Assembly (NCBI GenBank): GCA_018830005.1
Contig: JAHJTE010000002.1
Location: forward strand, 139,809 to 203,808
Length of the DNA stretch: 64,000 nucleotides
Direction of reading: 5' to 3'
Origin: Candidatus Omnitrophota bacterium
Lineage (GTDB): Bacteria; Omnitrophota; Gorgyraeia; JAHJTE01
Part shown: piece after piece, positions 1 through 10,402 of the stretch
Position numbering within the stretch: the stretch's first letter is position 1
Layout: the number at the start of each line of letters is the position of its first letter
Position numbers and translations under genes: made by a program
The notes under the pieces: model-generated
What the model was told of the DNA's origin: nothing
The model's input: only the letters and a program-made list of their open reading frames with translations
The model's database searches: none

Positions 1-2058
1 AGAACCATTTTTCTTTTCAGGATATACTACTCGGCTATGATATATACCAGTCAGGATATGGGTAAACACCTTGGCTATCTTTTCTAAATCCTTAAGTGTT
101 AAATCGCATTCATCGAGCTGACCGTCAATAAATTTATTATTGATAACCTTATGTACAGCATCCTCTATCTTAGGAGAGGTCGGCTCTTCGATAGAGCGTG
201 TTGCCGCCTCCACTGAATCAGCCAAAAGACATATCGCAGTCTCCTTATTCTGAGGCTTGGGTCCGGGGTAACGAAATACATCTTCTTTTATATCGTCTTC
301 TTTCTTGAGATCCTCTAAGGCCCTACGATAAAAATAATAGACCAAACTCGTGCCATGGTGCTGGGCAATAAAATTTATTATCGGTTTCTTTAATTTATAT
401 TTGCGTGCTATCTCCTGACCTTCTTTTACATGGTTTATGATTACCAATTTACTCATAGAAGGATTGAGTACATCATGCTTACTTTCCGGCTGACTCTGGT
501 TTTCGCTAAAATATTCTGCCTTATCAATCTTGCCGACATCATGGAAATAGGCACCAACGCGGGCAAGGAGTGAATTCGCCCCTATTGCCTCAGCAGCAGT
601 TTCGCTTAAGTTTCCTACCAGTAGACTATGATGATACGTACCAGGAGCCTTTAATACCATATCTTTAAGTAAGGGCTGATTAAAATCAGAAAGCTCCAAA
701 AGCGTGATGTTTGTAATCAGGCTGAAGAGACCTTCTAAGAGCGGTAAAATAACCATCAAGATAACTGCACTTAAGATACCGCCTATAACACCCCAGCCTG
801 CCTGTTCTAAAATTACCGCATATTCTAAATTATTAAATAATCCCCAGGCCAAAATACTGATAAACTGTACACTGCCGACCAAAAGTCCGGCCTGTAATAT
901 TTGATTGCGTCTACGCACCTTTGAAACCGCAGTAACGCCTGCGATACTACCTATAAAGAATATAATAAGCAGGCCGATATTATTACTAAAACTTATACCC
1001 AGAACCATAGAAAGCAAGGCGGCTAGCACAAAGGACATCGCAGCATCATTGGTAAGCATAAAATAGGCCATAGAAAAAGCTGCGACCGGAACTATAAAAC
1101 TACTATAAGGAGAAAGTTCAACAAATTTTCCTAAAATTATAGCTGATAAGAATAATACGGCCAGTAACGTCAATTCCTTATTTGAAGAGTAAACCTTGGG
1201 GTAATAAATTTTTAAGAAGGCAGCACTTATAATAATAAACATAATCATCAAAATACTCATGCCTAGATTAAAGGAAATCAATTCTTGCTGCGGCCGAGAG
1301 GTGTGGGAGGCATTCAGTTTTTTAAGGATACCTTGGGTTAAGATCTGACCTTTACTAATGATCAGTTCGTTATCTTTCACGTTTACCTGTTTATAAATAG
1401 GCGCTACTGCGTCCTTGGCCTCAGCTTTTTTCTTTGCAGTCTGCTCGGCATCAAAGATAATATTAGGAACTAATGAAGCTGTTATAAGGTCTAAAACAAT
1501 ATCCTTGTCTTTTTTGCTTTTAAACTCCTTACCTAATTCTTTCTCAATTTGTTTGCGGGCATCTTTAACGGTCTTAATTTCTGTTATGGGTATATTTTTA
1601 GAAGTTTTCTTGCGGGAATCAAATACAGTTATCTCCTCTGCCTCAGCTTCTGAAAACCGCTTCTTATCCTCTGCCTTAAGAAAATAATTGTTGTTAAAAG
1701 TGCGAGAATAAATCTGGCTTATATTTGGCGCCTTTAATCTTATCCTTTTTGCTAAATTTCTAAATAGGCCTTCGTCCAAGGCAAGCTGCTTAAGGTTATA
1801 AATTTCCGATATCTTTCTTGTTGCATTAACCCTTGCCTTTTGAGTTTCCTCCTCATCAATAGGCCCTTGGTAGGTAAAATCTAGCGGGGCATAGATGTCT
1901 TTTAGGGCAACATCACCTTCAGAAAGTTGACCGACAAGACCTGTCTTGCTCATTATAATCATAACAATCGGCAGAGAACAAAGAATAATAAGCAATAGAC
2001 CTCTAGACAACCAATGTATGAGTTTTTCTTTATTTAAAGTTGGGGCGTGCATTTTCAT
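1..2058 (-). CDS. 7TM-HD family phosphohydrolase (PgpH-like c-di-AMP phosphodiesterase), 3' end runs off the window
   Basis: Absent from the ORF track; translated by hand in parts from ATG at 2058 (MKMHAPTLNKEKLIHWLSRGLLLIIL). Motifs APGTYHHS, RVGAYFHDVGK, QHHGT, YPGPKPQ, LADSVEAA and DGQLDECDLTLKDL...YHSRVVYP. Follows phoH, a conserved pairing. Confidence 0.88.
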   Translation of the reverse strand, partial: MKMHAPTLNKEKLIHWLSRGLLLIILCSLPIVMIIMSKTGLVGQLSEGDVALKDIYAPLDFTYQGPIDEEETQKARVNATRKISEIYNLKQLALDEGLFRNLAKRIRLKAPNISQIYSRTFNNNYFLKAEDKKRFSEAEAEEITVFDSRKKTSKNIPITEIKTVKDARKQIEKELGKEFKSKKDKDIVLDLITASLVPNIIFDAEQTAKKKAEAKDAVAPIYKQVNVKDNELIISKGQILTQGILKKLNASHTSRPQQELISFNLGMSILMIMFIIISAAFLKIYYPKVYSSNKELTLLAVLFLSAIILGKFVELSPYSSFIVPVAAFSMAYFMLTNDAAMSFVLAALLSMVLGISFSNNIGLLIIFFIGSIAGVTAVSKVRRRNQILQAGLLVGSVQFISILAWGLFNNLEYAVILEQAGWGVIGGILSAVILMVILPLLEGLFSLITNITLLELSDFNQPLLKDMVLKAPGTYHHSLLVGNLSETAAEAIGANSLLARVGAYFHDVGKIDKAEYFSENQSQPESKHDVLNPSMSKLVIINHVKEGQEIARKYKLKKPIINFIAQHHGTSLVYYFYRRALEDLKKEDDIKEDVFRYPGPKPQNKETAICLLADSVEAATRSIEEPTSPKIEDAVHKVINNKFIDGQLDECDLTLKDLEKIAKVFTHILTGIYHSRVVYPEKKNGS

Positions 2059-2971
2059 AAGCCTTTATTATCTCAAGCACTAATTCATGTCGCACAACAT
2101 CTTCGCCAGTAAAATTTACGAATTTTATTCCTTTGATATCAGCCAATAAATCCTTGGCCTGCAGGAGACCTGTAGGCCTACCTTCCGGAAGATCGCTCTG
2201 GGTAATATCACCTGTAATAACCGTCTTTGAATCAAAACCCAAACGCGTCAGGAACATCTTCATCTGCTCAGTAGTACAATTCTGCGCTTCATCAAGTATA
2301 ATAAAGGCGTCGTTGAATGTACGGCCGCGCATATAAGCTAAAGGTGCTACTTCGATAATTCCCATCTCTATTAATTTTTCAATACGCTCAGCATCCATCA
2401 TATCATAAAGCGCATCATAAAGCGGTCGCAGGTAAGGTGAAACCTTCTGATTCATATCCCCCGGCAAAAAGCCTAAACTCTCGCCTGCCTCTATAGCCGG
2501 TCTAGTAAGAATAATCCTGCGCACTATACCTTTCTTGAGGGCATTTACTGCCATGGCCATTGCTAGATAGGTCTTTCCTGTTCCTGCTGGACCTATACCA
2601 AAAACAATATCATATTCTTTTATTGTCTTAACATAAGCATACTGACCACTGGTCTTGGGTCCGATATGCTTGCCCTTTAAAGAAACCTCAATTCCCTCCT
2701 CTTGACGTATATCATTCTTAGCGCCATTCTTTAAAACAGTATTTACCTCAAGCTTACTGATAACGCCTCTTTTCTCAATGATTGAAAGTAAGTAAGTAAT
2801 TACCTCTGTTGCCTTCTTTACAGCAACAGCTGCACCTATGACTTTAAGGCCTTCTTTTCGAGTTAAGAGATTGACCTCAAGTTCTTTCTCAATAAGCTTT
2901 AAGTTAACGTCACAAGAACCAAATAACTGACGCAAGTCATCTTGATTTTTTAATTTAATTACATATTCCAT
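2030..2971 (-). CDS. phoH: PhoH family ATPase
   Basis: GPAGTGKT Walker A, RPAIEAGESLGFLPGD, LAYMRGRT, ILDEAQN. Confidence 0.95.
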   Translation of the reverse strand: MEYVIKLKNQDDLRQLFGSCDVNLKLIEKELEVNLLTRKEGLKVIGAAVAVKKATEVITYLLSIIEKRGVISKLEVNTVLKNGAKNDIRQEEGIEVSLKGKHIGPKTSGQYAYVKTIKEYDIVFGIGPAGTGKTYLAMAMAVNALKKGIVRRIILTRPAIEAGESLGFLPGDMNQKVSPYLRPLYDALYDMMDAERIEKLIEMGIIEVAPLAYMRGRTFNDAFIILDEAQNCTTEQMKMFLTRLGFDSKTVITGDITQSDLPEGRPTGLLQAKDLLADIKGIKFVNFTGEDVVRHELVLEIIKAYENARPNFK

Positions 2972-2996
2972 CTAGACGATCTTTCTTAACATCGCT

Positions 2997-3536
2997 CTAT
3001 TTAATAATCTTGATGACCTGTCCAGGATAAATCTTCTCACAGCTCTTTAATTTATCTTTATTATCTTGGCAGATCTTTTGGAATTTCTTGGTGGTATTAA
3101 AAAAGCGCATTGAGATCTTCTGCAGCGTATCCCCTTTCTCTATCATATATAAAACAACTTCCCCAACCTCCTTAACGCGTTGCCTAATGCGGGTTGTCTC
3201 TTCTGATCCCTCGGAACCGCTCACATATCCCTGATTTCCCCATAATTCTTCATCTTGTGTAGTTTCAGTCTTTGGCTTAGGCAGACCTCTCTCAAATTTT
3301 ATTGGTGACTGCAATTCAATCTCCACGACATTGACTTTACGCGTTTTCTTTATGTCTTTACTTACATCTTTTGCTGGAATATTACCCTGAATATAACCTT
3401 CGTTTCCAGCTACTTCCTGGTCTACTCTCTCCTTAGTCACTGTGTAGGTGCGCACAATACAACCTGAAAGCAGACTAGCAAGAAACAAGAAGCAAAAAGT
3501 AAGAACAACAGCTAAAACTGCATCATTCCTTTTCAT
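2997..3536 (-). CDS. Lipoprotein with C-terminal LysM peptidoglycan-binding domain
   Basis: Lipobox LLSGC; C-terminal YMIEKGDTLQKIS...IYPGQVIKI. Confidence 0.8.
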   Translation of the reverse strand: MKRNDAVLAVVLTFCFLFLASLLSGCIVRTYTVTKERVDQEVAGNEGYIQGNIPAKDVSKDIKKTRKVNVVEIELQSPIKFERGLPKPKTETTQDEELWGNQGYVSGSEGSEETTRIRQRVKEVGEVVLYMIEKGDTLQKISMRFFNTTKKFQKICQDNKDKLKSCEKIYPGQVIKIIK

Positions 3537-3571
3537 CTTAACACCCTCCTTTGATATTTTTAGAGAATTGT

Positions 3572-4960
3572 TTATCTCTTATCTTGCGGATTCCTTAAAT
3601 CTATACCTAATTCCTTCAACTGTCTTTGGTCCACATCAGTGGGGGCTCCTGTTAAAGGACAAAAACCACTCTGCGTCTTAGGAAATGCAATCACATCTCT
3701 TATGGAATCTTTTCCTAAAATTATCGCTATTAATCTATCTAAACCAAAGGCAATACCAGCATGGGCTGGTGCGCCAAAATTAAAGGCCTCCAGCAAGAAA
3801 CCAAAGCGTTCTTTCGCCTGTTTATCCGAAATGCCGATAAGCTTAAAAATCCTTTCCTGGAGTTGGCGCTTATGGATTCTGATAGAACCACTGGCAATCT
3901 CTGCGCCATTTAGAACCAAATCATAGGATTGTGCCCTTACCTTTTTAGGTTCAGTCTCCAAAAACTGAATATCTTCTTCTACTGGTGCGGTAAAAGGATG
4001 ATGTTCGCTTTCCCACCTTTTTTCCTCTTCATTATACTTGAACAAAGGAAAATCAATTACCCAGATAAAATTAAACTTATCTTCACCAATCTTAGGTTTA
4101 TCAGTTGCATATTTATCCTGGGCCTGCTTATAACTAATACGCGCAAAAGGAATCTTCAGCTCTAGATTCAGGCAATCCTTAAAGATTTTCTGCAGGAGAC
4201 TCTCGCAAATATTGAATATATCCTCCTGCCCTAGAAAAGACATCTCCATATCAAGTTGAGTAAATTCGGGTTGGCGGTCTGCACGCAAGTCCTCGTCACG
4301 AAAACATTTGGCAATCTGAAAGTATCTTTCAACGCCAGCTACCATTAACAACTGTTTGAAAAGTTGAGGTGATTGCGGAAGTGCAAAAAATTTAGAGGGC
4401 AATAATCTTGAAGGGACCAGGTAGTCTCTGGCTCCCTCAGGGGTAGACTTGGTTAAAATCGGTGTCTCAAATTCTAAAAATCCAGACTCATCAAGAAAAC
4501 AGCGAATCGAATGATTTATACGATGCCGCAGCTTAAAAACATGCAGAACTTCAGGCCGCCTTAAATCAAGATAGCGATATTTCAAGCGCAGCTCCTCAGA
4601 GACAGGAGTTTCAGAATCAACCTCAAAAGGCAAACCTGCCGAGACATTTAAGATCTGCATTTCTTTAGCATAAAGTTCGACTTCACCAGTAGGAATCTTG
4701 GGGTTTATCATGCCCTTTGGCCTGGCATTTACCAATCCCCTTACGCAGATTAAGAATTCGCTACGTACTTTACTAGCCTGGGCGTGTGCTTCGGGAAAAT
4801 CCTTAGGATGGAACACGACTTGAGTCCAGCCTTCGCGGTCACGGATATCTAAAAAGATTAATTTTCCGTGGTCACGCCGGCGATAGACCCAGCCAATCAA
4901 AGTAGCCTCTTTATCAACGTCTTGCTTTCTTAACTGCCCGCATGTATGAGTTCTTTTCAT
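3572..4960 (-). CDS. aspS: Aspartate--tRNA ligase, short bacterial type lacking the GAD insert; probably non-discriminating Asp/Asn
   Basis: RTHTCG, RRDHG, RYLDLRR, STPEGARDY, FRDEDLRADRQPEFTQLD, GIAFGLDR; only 462 aa. Confidence 0.95.
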   Translation of the reverse strand: MKRTHTCGQLRKQDVDKEATLIGWVYRRRDHGKLIFLDIRDREGWTQVVFHPKDFPEAHAQASKVRSEFLICVRGLVNARPKGMINPKIPTGEVELYAKEMQILNVSAGLPFEVDSETPVSEELRLKYRYLDLRRPEVLHVFKLRHRINHSIRCFLDESGFLEFETPILTKSTPEGARDYLVPSRLLPSKFFALPQSPQLFKQLLMVAGVERYFQIAKCFRDEDLRADRQPEFTQLDMEMSFLGQEDIFNICESLLQKIFKDCLNLELKIPFARISYKQAQDKYATDKPKIGEDKFNFIWVIDFPLFKYNEEEKRWESEHHPFTAPVEEDIQFLETEPKKVRAQSYDLVLNGAEIASGSIRIHKRQLQERIFKLIGISDKQAKERFGFLLEAFNFGAPAHAGIAFGLDRLIAIILGKDSIRDVIAFPKTQSGFCPLTGAPTDVDQRQLKELGIDLRNPQDKR

Positions 4961-4974
4961 AACCTATCTTTGGC

Positions 4975-6246
4975 TTAATCCTTTTTAAGCAACTCTCCCA
5001 ACTTAGATATAACCTCATCCTTAGGATATGTATTCTGGCTTCCTGTTTCCATGTCCTTCAGAGTAATCTTATTAGTTTTAATTTCTTCCTCACCCAACAT
5101 AAGTACGATTCTTGCCTTGATGTTATTGGCTCTGCGCATTTGAGCTTTAAGCGATTTATTGCAATAGTCTATATCTGCACTTATTCCAGCAGCACGTAAA
5201 TCATTCAGAAGCGACAGCCCCGCAGGTAAAAATGTCTCTTTGGTCAAGGCCAGAAAAACATCCGGCCCCCTCTTGCCTACTCCTGGCGAAGTCTTTGCTT
5301 GGCTATTAAGGCAAAGGGCAATTCGTTCAAAACCAAGAGCAAAACCAACTGCACCCATATCCGAACCACCCAGCTGTGCCACCAAATTATCATATCTACC
5401 TCCAGCACCTAAGGCATCCTGACTGCCTAGATTAGAATTAGTAACTTCAAAAACAGTGCCGGTATAATAATCAAGGCCACGCACAAGAGTCGCTACCTCG
5501 TTAAACTTCACTTTAAGCTGATTAAGAAAACCTTTCACCATCTTAAAATGACGAGCACAATCCGAACAGCGAAAGTCACTATCCAATGTAATCTCAGAAA
5601 CGATTTGTTTACAAGTTTCCTTTTTGCAATCAAGAATCCGCAATATATTCTTTTTTAGCCTCGCCTGGCAATCTTTGCAAAGCCTAGAGGCCTTGGATTG
5701 CAGTTTTTTATTCAAGATGGCTTTTAGCTTTTCTTTGTCTTTTGCACAGCCAACGCTATTTAGATTAAGGACATAATCACAAACACCAAAGCTGTTTAAG
5801 AGTCTTGTCATTAAAACTATGATCTCTGCATCAAGCGCAGGACTATAAGAACCAATAGCCTCAGCACCAATATGGGTGAATTGCCGCAAGCGTCCCTTTT
5901 GAGGCCGTTCTCCCCGAAACATTGGCCCAATATAAAAAATCTTCTTAAATCCTTCTTTTCTGTCCAGGTGATGCTCCAGATATGCACGGATAATCGATGC
6001 CGTACCCTCTGGCCTTAATGTTAGAGGCCTTTGGCTAGTTTTAATATTTAGCATCTGTTTTGTTACGATATCACTTGCCTCACCCAAGGAACGGACAAAA
6101 AGACCTGAATCTTCAAAGGCAGGGGTAATGATTTCCTCAAAAGCAAAAAGAGAGAATATTTCACGACTTTTCTCATAAATATTATATAAAAACTGAATAT
6201 CTGAACCTAAGATATCATTTGTGCCACGCGGGGCTTTATAAATCAT
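4975..6246 (-). CDS. hisS: Histidine--tRNA ligase
   Basis: LRPEGTA, ERPQKGRLRQF, VRGLDYYT, GGRYD. Confidence 0.96.
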   Translation of the reverse strand: MIYKAPRGTNDILGSDIQFLYNIYEKSREIFSLFAFEEIITPAFEDSGLFVRSLGEASDIVTKQMLNIKTSQRPLTLRPEGTASIIRAYLEHHLDRKEGFKKIFYIGPMFRGERPQKGRLRQFTHIGAEAIGSYSPALDAEIIVLMTRLLNSFGVCDYVLNLNSVGCAKDKEKLKAILNKKLQSKASRLCKDCQARLKKNILRILDCKKETCKQIVSEITLDSDFRCSDCARHFKMVKGFLNQLKVKFNEVATLVRGLDYYTGTVFEVTNSNLGSQDALGAGGRYDNLVAQLGGSDMGAVGFALGFERIALCLNSQAKTSPGVGKRGPDVFLALTKETFLPAGLSLLNDLRAAGISADIDYCNKSLKAQMRRANNIKARIVLMLGEEEIKTNKITLKDMETGSQNTYPKDEVISKLGELLKKD

Positions 6247-6382
6247 AGCTAATTAGAAAGATTTGGGGCTACAAATTAAGCTGGAATTTGTGATTAAGAA
6301 TTGAACATGAGGTTAAGTTTGGAAGTAGTCTTATCCACAAAGGATAGACCTTCCCATTCCTTTTAAGGAAGGGTCTTATCAA

Positions 6383-6655
6383 TTATCTAACTTTCTTTTT
6401 CATCTCTAATCCCGGCTTGAAGACTACTACTTTGCGCGGGGGAACTGGCACAACCTCACCAGTGCGGGGATTTCTTCCTGTCCTACTTTTTCTTTCTTTT
6501 ATTTTAAAGACACCGAAATTGCGCAGTTCTACCTTCTCGCCTCTGACCAAGGCATCCACAATTGAATCAAATGTCTTCTGGACTATCTTTTTTACTACCA
6601 CCTGTCTTACATTAGTCTGATCTGCAATCTTCAGCACTATGTCTTTCTTGGTCAT
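6383..6655 (-). CDS. HU/IHF family DNA-binding protein
   Basis: VELRNFGVF, GRNPRTGE, FKPG. Confidence 0.93.
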   Translation of the reverse strand: MTKKDIVLKIADQTNVRQVVVKKIVQKTFDSIVDALVRGEKVELRNFGVFKIKERKSRTGRNPRTGEVVPVPPRKVVVFKPGLEMKKKVR

Positions 6656-6727
6656 ACTCGCACCTCCAAGGTCATTTGCACGAACAAGAACATCTAATCC
6701 TAAATTATGTCCTTATTTAACATAAAT

Positions 6728-6756
6728 ACAGTACCACCAAAATGTTACGATGTCAA
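6728..6756 (-). promoter_or_regulatory. Putative sigma70 promoter for the HU gene
   Basis: TTGACA (6751-6756), 17-nt spacer, TGn-TACTGT extended -10. Confidence 0.5.
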
Positions 6757-6804
6757 GTTAAATCTACTTTCTAGCAGATCTAACTTGGAATCAATATGAG
6801 AATT

Positions 6805-9800
6805 CTAGGCGTGATGATGCTCTAAGGACAGACTGAGATTAAGATTGTTACTCAACCCTTCTAATTCTGCTATAAGTTCTTTGGCAGGACGCACATACAA
6901 CTCCTTACCTACTCGTATCTGTACATGCTGCTTATGAGCATCGGTTATATCCAAGTCAACAGGCGTATTTCCTGGAAATTGCGCTAATTTTTCTTTCAAA
7001 CTCCTGATAATATTGGCATTTGAGTGTTCTATCCTTATTTTAACGTTTGCAACCAGCTTATAAACCTCTTCAAGCGGAAAGACGTAATTAGCAATTATCT
7101 TGGGGCTCTCTTCCTTTAGATTAAGCCGACCTGAAACAAAAACCACAGAGTGACCCTGCAAATAACGTTCATATTCTTTAAACACTCTAGGAAAGACTAT
7201 AACCTCTACAGAGCCCTCCAGGTCTTCAATCTTTAAAACTGCCATCTTTTCTTGTTTCTTACGAGTCGTTAAATGGCGGATCTTATTTATTAGTCCAACA
7301 ATGACAACATCTTCGGAGTCAGCGCGGCTAGCTAGCTTAGCTATAGAACAAATGGCTAGCCTGGATATATCCCTCTCGTACTTTGCTAAAGGGTGCCCTG
7401 TAACATAAAATCCTAAAACCTCCTTTTCAAAAGTCAAGACTTGAGTCTTAGGCCATTCATTAATCTTTGGTAATTCCTGGCTGTCTTTAAGAATTATATC
7501 AAAAGAGCTCTTGTCAGTTTCAAAGAAAGATAGCTGGGGGCAATTGCGTTCCTTCTGAACCCTTGAACCAATCTCGATAGCCTTTAGCAAGACCGTCATC
7601 AGCTGCGCCCGATGTGCCCCAAAACAATCTAATGCCCCACACTTAATTAAGCTCTCCAGCACCTTCTTATTCACTAATCTCGAATCAACGCGCTGACAAA
7701 GGTCAAACAAAGACATAAACTTACCGTCTTTTTTTCTTGCCTCTAATACGGAATCTATGGCACCTCTTCCTACATTTTTTACGGCCAGAAGTCCAAAGCG
7801 TATAGTTCTATCATCTTCTACAGTAAAATCAGCAAAACTTTCATTAATATTAGGCGTAGAAATCTTTATCTTGAGTACCTGCGCTTGTTTGACATACTCC
7901 ACGATTTTATCAGTATTGTCTTTTTCGCTTGAAAGAAGCGCACACATGAATTCAACAGGATAGTTGGCCTTTAGATATGCGGTGCGATATGAAATAAGGG
8001 CATAGGCGGCAGAATGACTCCGGTTAAATCCGTAACCAGAAAAATAATCAATCAAATCAAATATCCTGCGTGCAATTGCTTTATCAATCTTGTTCTTAGC
8101 ACAGCCATCGGCAAATACTCTACGTTGTTCCTCCATAACCTCAGGTATCTTCTTACTCATTGCCCGACGCAACATATCAGCTTGAGAGAGTGAAAAACCT
8201 GCTAATTCACTTGCTATGCGCATAACCTGTTCTTGATATACTATTATTCCATAGGTCTCTTCTAATATCGGCTCCAATTTAGAATGCTCATAGTGAATAT
8301 GCAGCTTGCTACGTTTTCGGGTGATATAATCATCAAGCATACCACTACCTATAGGACCAGGACGATATAGGGCAAGCAAGGCAATCAAATCTTCAAAACG
8401 AGTAGGCTGCGAACGCCTTAAGAGATCACGCATGCCTGAACTTTCAAGCTGGAAAATTCCAATACTCTTTGCAGCCGAAAGCAAATCAAAAGTCCTTTTA
8501 TCATCCAAGGGTATCTCATGGATTTTAATATCTATATTATGACGCTTCTTTATAATCTTTACGGCCTGTTCAATTACAGTAAGGGTCCTTAAACCCAAAA
8601 AATCCATTTTAAGCAGACCGATTTTTGCTACGGCATTCATTGAATAACCTGTAGTCAGCTGGCCCTCTGCCTGAAAAAGAGGTACATATTCATTTAATGG
8701 CTTATCTGAGATAACAACTCCGGCAGCATGTGTCGAGGCATGCCGCGTCAGGCCTTCTAAAACCCTGGCAGTGTCAATAAGTCTCCTGATCTGTGCATCA
8801 GTCTTATAGAGATTGGCCAATTCTGATTCTGATTTAACTGCTTCTGCGAGATGGATATTAGGATCATGGGGGATTAATTTTGCAATTCTATCTACATCTG
8901 CATAAGGTATACCCATAACCCTGCCTACATCACGAATAACTGCGCGTGCCTGCATTGTTCCAAAGGTAATGATCTGGGCGACATTTTGACTGCTGTATTT
9001 GGCTGTGACGTAGTCAATTACCTCGCCTCTTCTTTCATAACAAAAATCTATGTCAATATCCGGCAGGCTTAAACGCTGCGGATTCAAAAAGCGCTCAAAA
9101 ATCAAGCTGTACTTTAAAGGATCAATATCCGTTATACTCAGAAGAAAACTCACCAAGCTTCCCGCAGCAGAACCCCTGCCCGGCCCTACGGGGATATCAT
9201 GTTCTTTCGCATAATGGATAAAATCCCAGACAATAAGGAAATAACTCGTAAATCCGGTCTCCTTTATAATATCCAATTCATGCTCAAGCCTTGCTTTTAT
9301 TGCAGGCGTGACCTCCTGATATCTCTTTTTTAGGCCTTCCTTGCATAGATTGCGTAAGTAATCTTCTTTAGAAATTCCTCCCGGCACATTAAAATTAGGC
9401 AAATGCGTCTTGGAAAAATCTAGTTCTAGATTGCATTTTTCAGTTATGGCAATAGTATTTGAAATAGCCTCGGGCGCATAACTAAAACGCTCTTTCATCT
9501 CCTGGGGGCTTTTAAAATAAAACTCATCTGTCTGAAATCTCATTCGATTCGGGTCTGAAAGCATTGACTGTGTTTGTATGCACAGTAGCGCCTCATGCGC
9601 TGCGGCATGTTCTTTTAGAAGATAATGCACATCATTTGTAGCTACCAAGGGGATATTTAGCTCTTTGGAGATCTTTAATAATCCTTCATTGACCTTGGTT
9701 TGCTCTGGGATTCCATTTTCTTGAATCTCTAAATAAAAATTGCCTTTTCCAAGAATCTGATAATATTCATCAGCAACCTTAAATGCATCATTCATTCTGG

Positions 9801-10257
9801 AGGCAGCAATCAAAGATGAGATCTCTCCCTTTAGGCAGGCACTTAAACCGATTAAACCTTCCTGATACTTACTCAATGACTCTTTGTCAATGCGTGGCCG
9901 ATAATAGAAACCTTCCAGATAGCCGATGGAAGTCAATTTCATAAGATTCTTATAGCCCATTTCATCCTTAGCTAATAGGATAAGATGGTAAGAGCTTTCA
10001 GAAATACCTGAGGAAGATTTCTCAAATCTACTTTTTGGGGCAACGTAGACCTCAGAACCAATTATTGGCTTTATACCTGCCTTCATTGCCGCAAGATAAA
10101 AATCAATTGCCCCAAACATATTACCGTGATCAGTAATAGTTAAGGCCGGCATCCTAAATTGTTGGGCAAGCTTTACTATCTCTTTAATTCGGCAGGCGCC
10201 GTCTAGAAGGCTGTATTGGGTATGCAAATGAAGATGGACAAAATCAGAATGCGGCAT
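6805..10257 (-). CDS. dnaE: DNA polymerase III alpha subunit
   Basis: PHP HLHLHTQYSLLDG, GRGSAAGS, PDIDIDF, YGFNRSH, C-terminal OB fold. Confidence 0.97.
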   Translation of the reverse strand: MPHSDFVHLHLHTQYSLLDGACRIKEIVKLAQQFRMPALTITDHGNMFGAIDFYLAAMKAGIKPIIGSEVYVAPKSRFEKSSSGISESSYHLILLAKDEMGYKNLMKLTSIGYLEGFYYRPRIDKESLSKYQEGLIGLSACLKGEISSLIAASRMNDAFKVADEYYQILGKGNFYLEIQENGIPEQTKVNEGLLKISKELNIPLVATNDVHYLLKEHAAAHEALLCIQTQSMLSDPNRMRFQTDEFYFKSPQEMKERFSYAPEAISNTIAITEKCNLELDFSKTHLPNFNVPGGISKEDYLRNLCKEGLKKRYQEVTPAIKARLEHELDIIKETGFTSYFLIVWDFIHYAKEHDIPVGPGRGSAAGSLVSFLLSITDIDPLKYSLIFERFLNPQRLSLPDIDIDFCYERRGEVIDYVTAKYSSQNVAQIITFGTMQARAVIRDVGRVMGIPYADVDRIAKLIPHDPNIHLAEAVKSESELANLYKTDAQIRRLIDTARVLEGLTRHASTHAAGVVISDKPLNEYVPLFQAEGQLTTGYSMNAVAKIGLLKMDFLGLRTLTVIEQAVKIIKKRHNIDIKIHEIPLDDKRTFDLLSAAKSIGIFQLESSGMRDLLRRSQPTRFEDLIALLALYRPGPIGSGMLDDYITRKRSKLHIHYEHSKLEPILEETYGIIVYQEQVMRIASELAGFSLSQADMLRRAMSKKIPEVMEEQRRVFADGCAKNKIDKAIARRIFDLIDYFSGYGFNRSHSAAYALISYRTAYLKANYPVEFMCALLSSEKDNTDKIVEYVKQAQVLKIKISTPNINESFADFTVEDDRTIRFGLLAVKNVGRGAIDSVLEARKKDGKFMSLFDLCQRVDSRLVNKKVLESLIKCGALDCFGAHRAQLMTVLLKAIEIGSRVQKERNCPQLSFFETDKSSFDIILKDSQELPKINEWPKTQVLTFEKEVLGFYVTGHPLAKYERDISRLAICSIAKLASRADSEDVVIVGLINKIRHLTTRKKQEKMAVLKIEDLEGSVEVIVFPRVFKEYERYLQGHSVVFVSGRLNLKEESPKIIANYVFPLEEVYKLVANVKIRIEHSNANIIRSLKEKLAQFPGNTPVDLDITDAHKQHVQIRVGKELYVRPAKELIAELEGLSNNLNLSLSLEHHHA

Positions 10258-10402
10258 GATACCTTGAATAAAAATGGATTAAGGAAATTTGGATGTGCTC
10301 TTATTATACCAGATTTAAAACTAGGTAGGTATTAATTTTTAAACCCTGAGATTAAATCTATTATTCGCGCATTGCAGTCGGCGCAAAAATCTTTAAATAC
10401 TA

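Noticed and set aside
6343-6380. Hairpin after the HU gene (GACCTTCC/GGAAGGGTC-like)
   Set aside because: Imperfect stem with no U-tract on the minus strand; cannot be called a terminator or riboswitch.
6805-10257. Possible intein in dnaE
   Set aside because: Normal length (1150 aa) with contiguous motifs and no intein signature.
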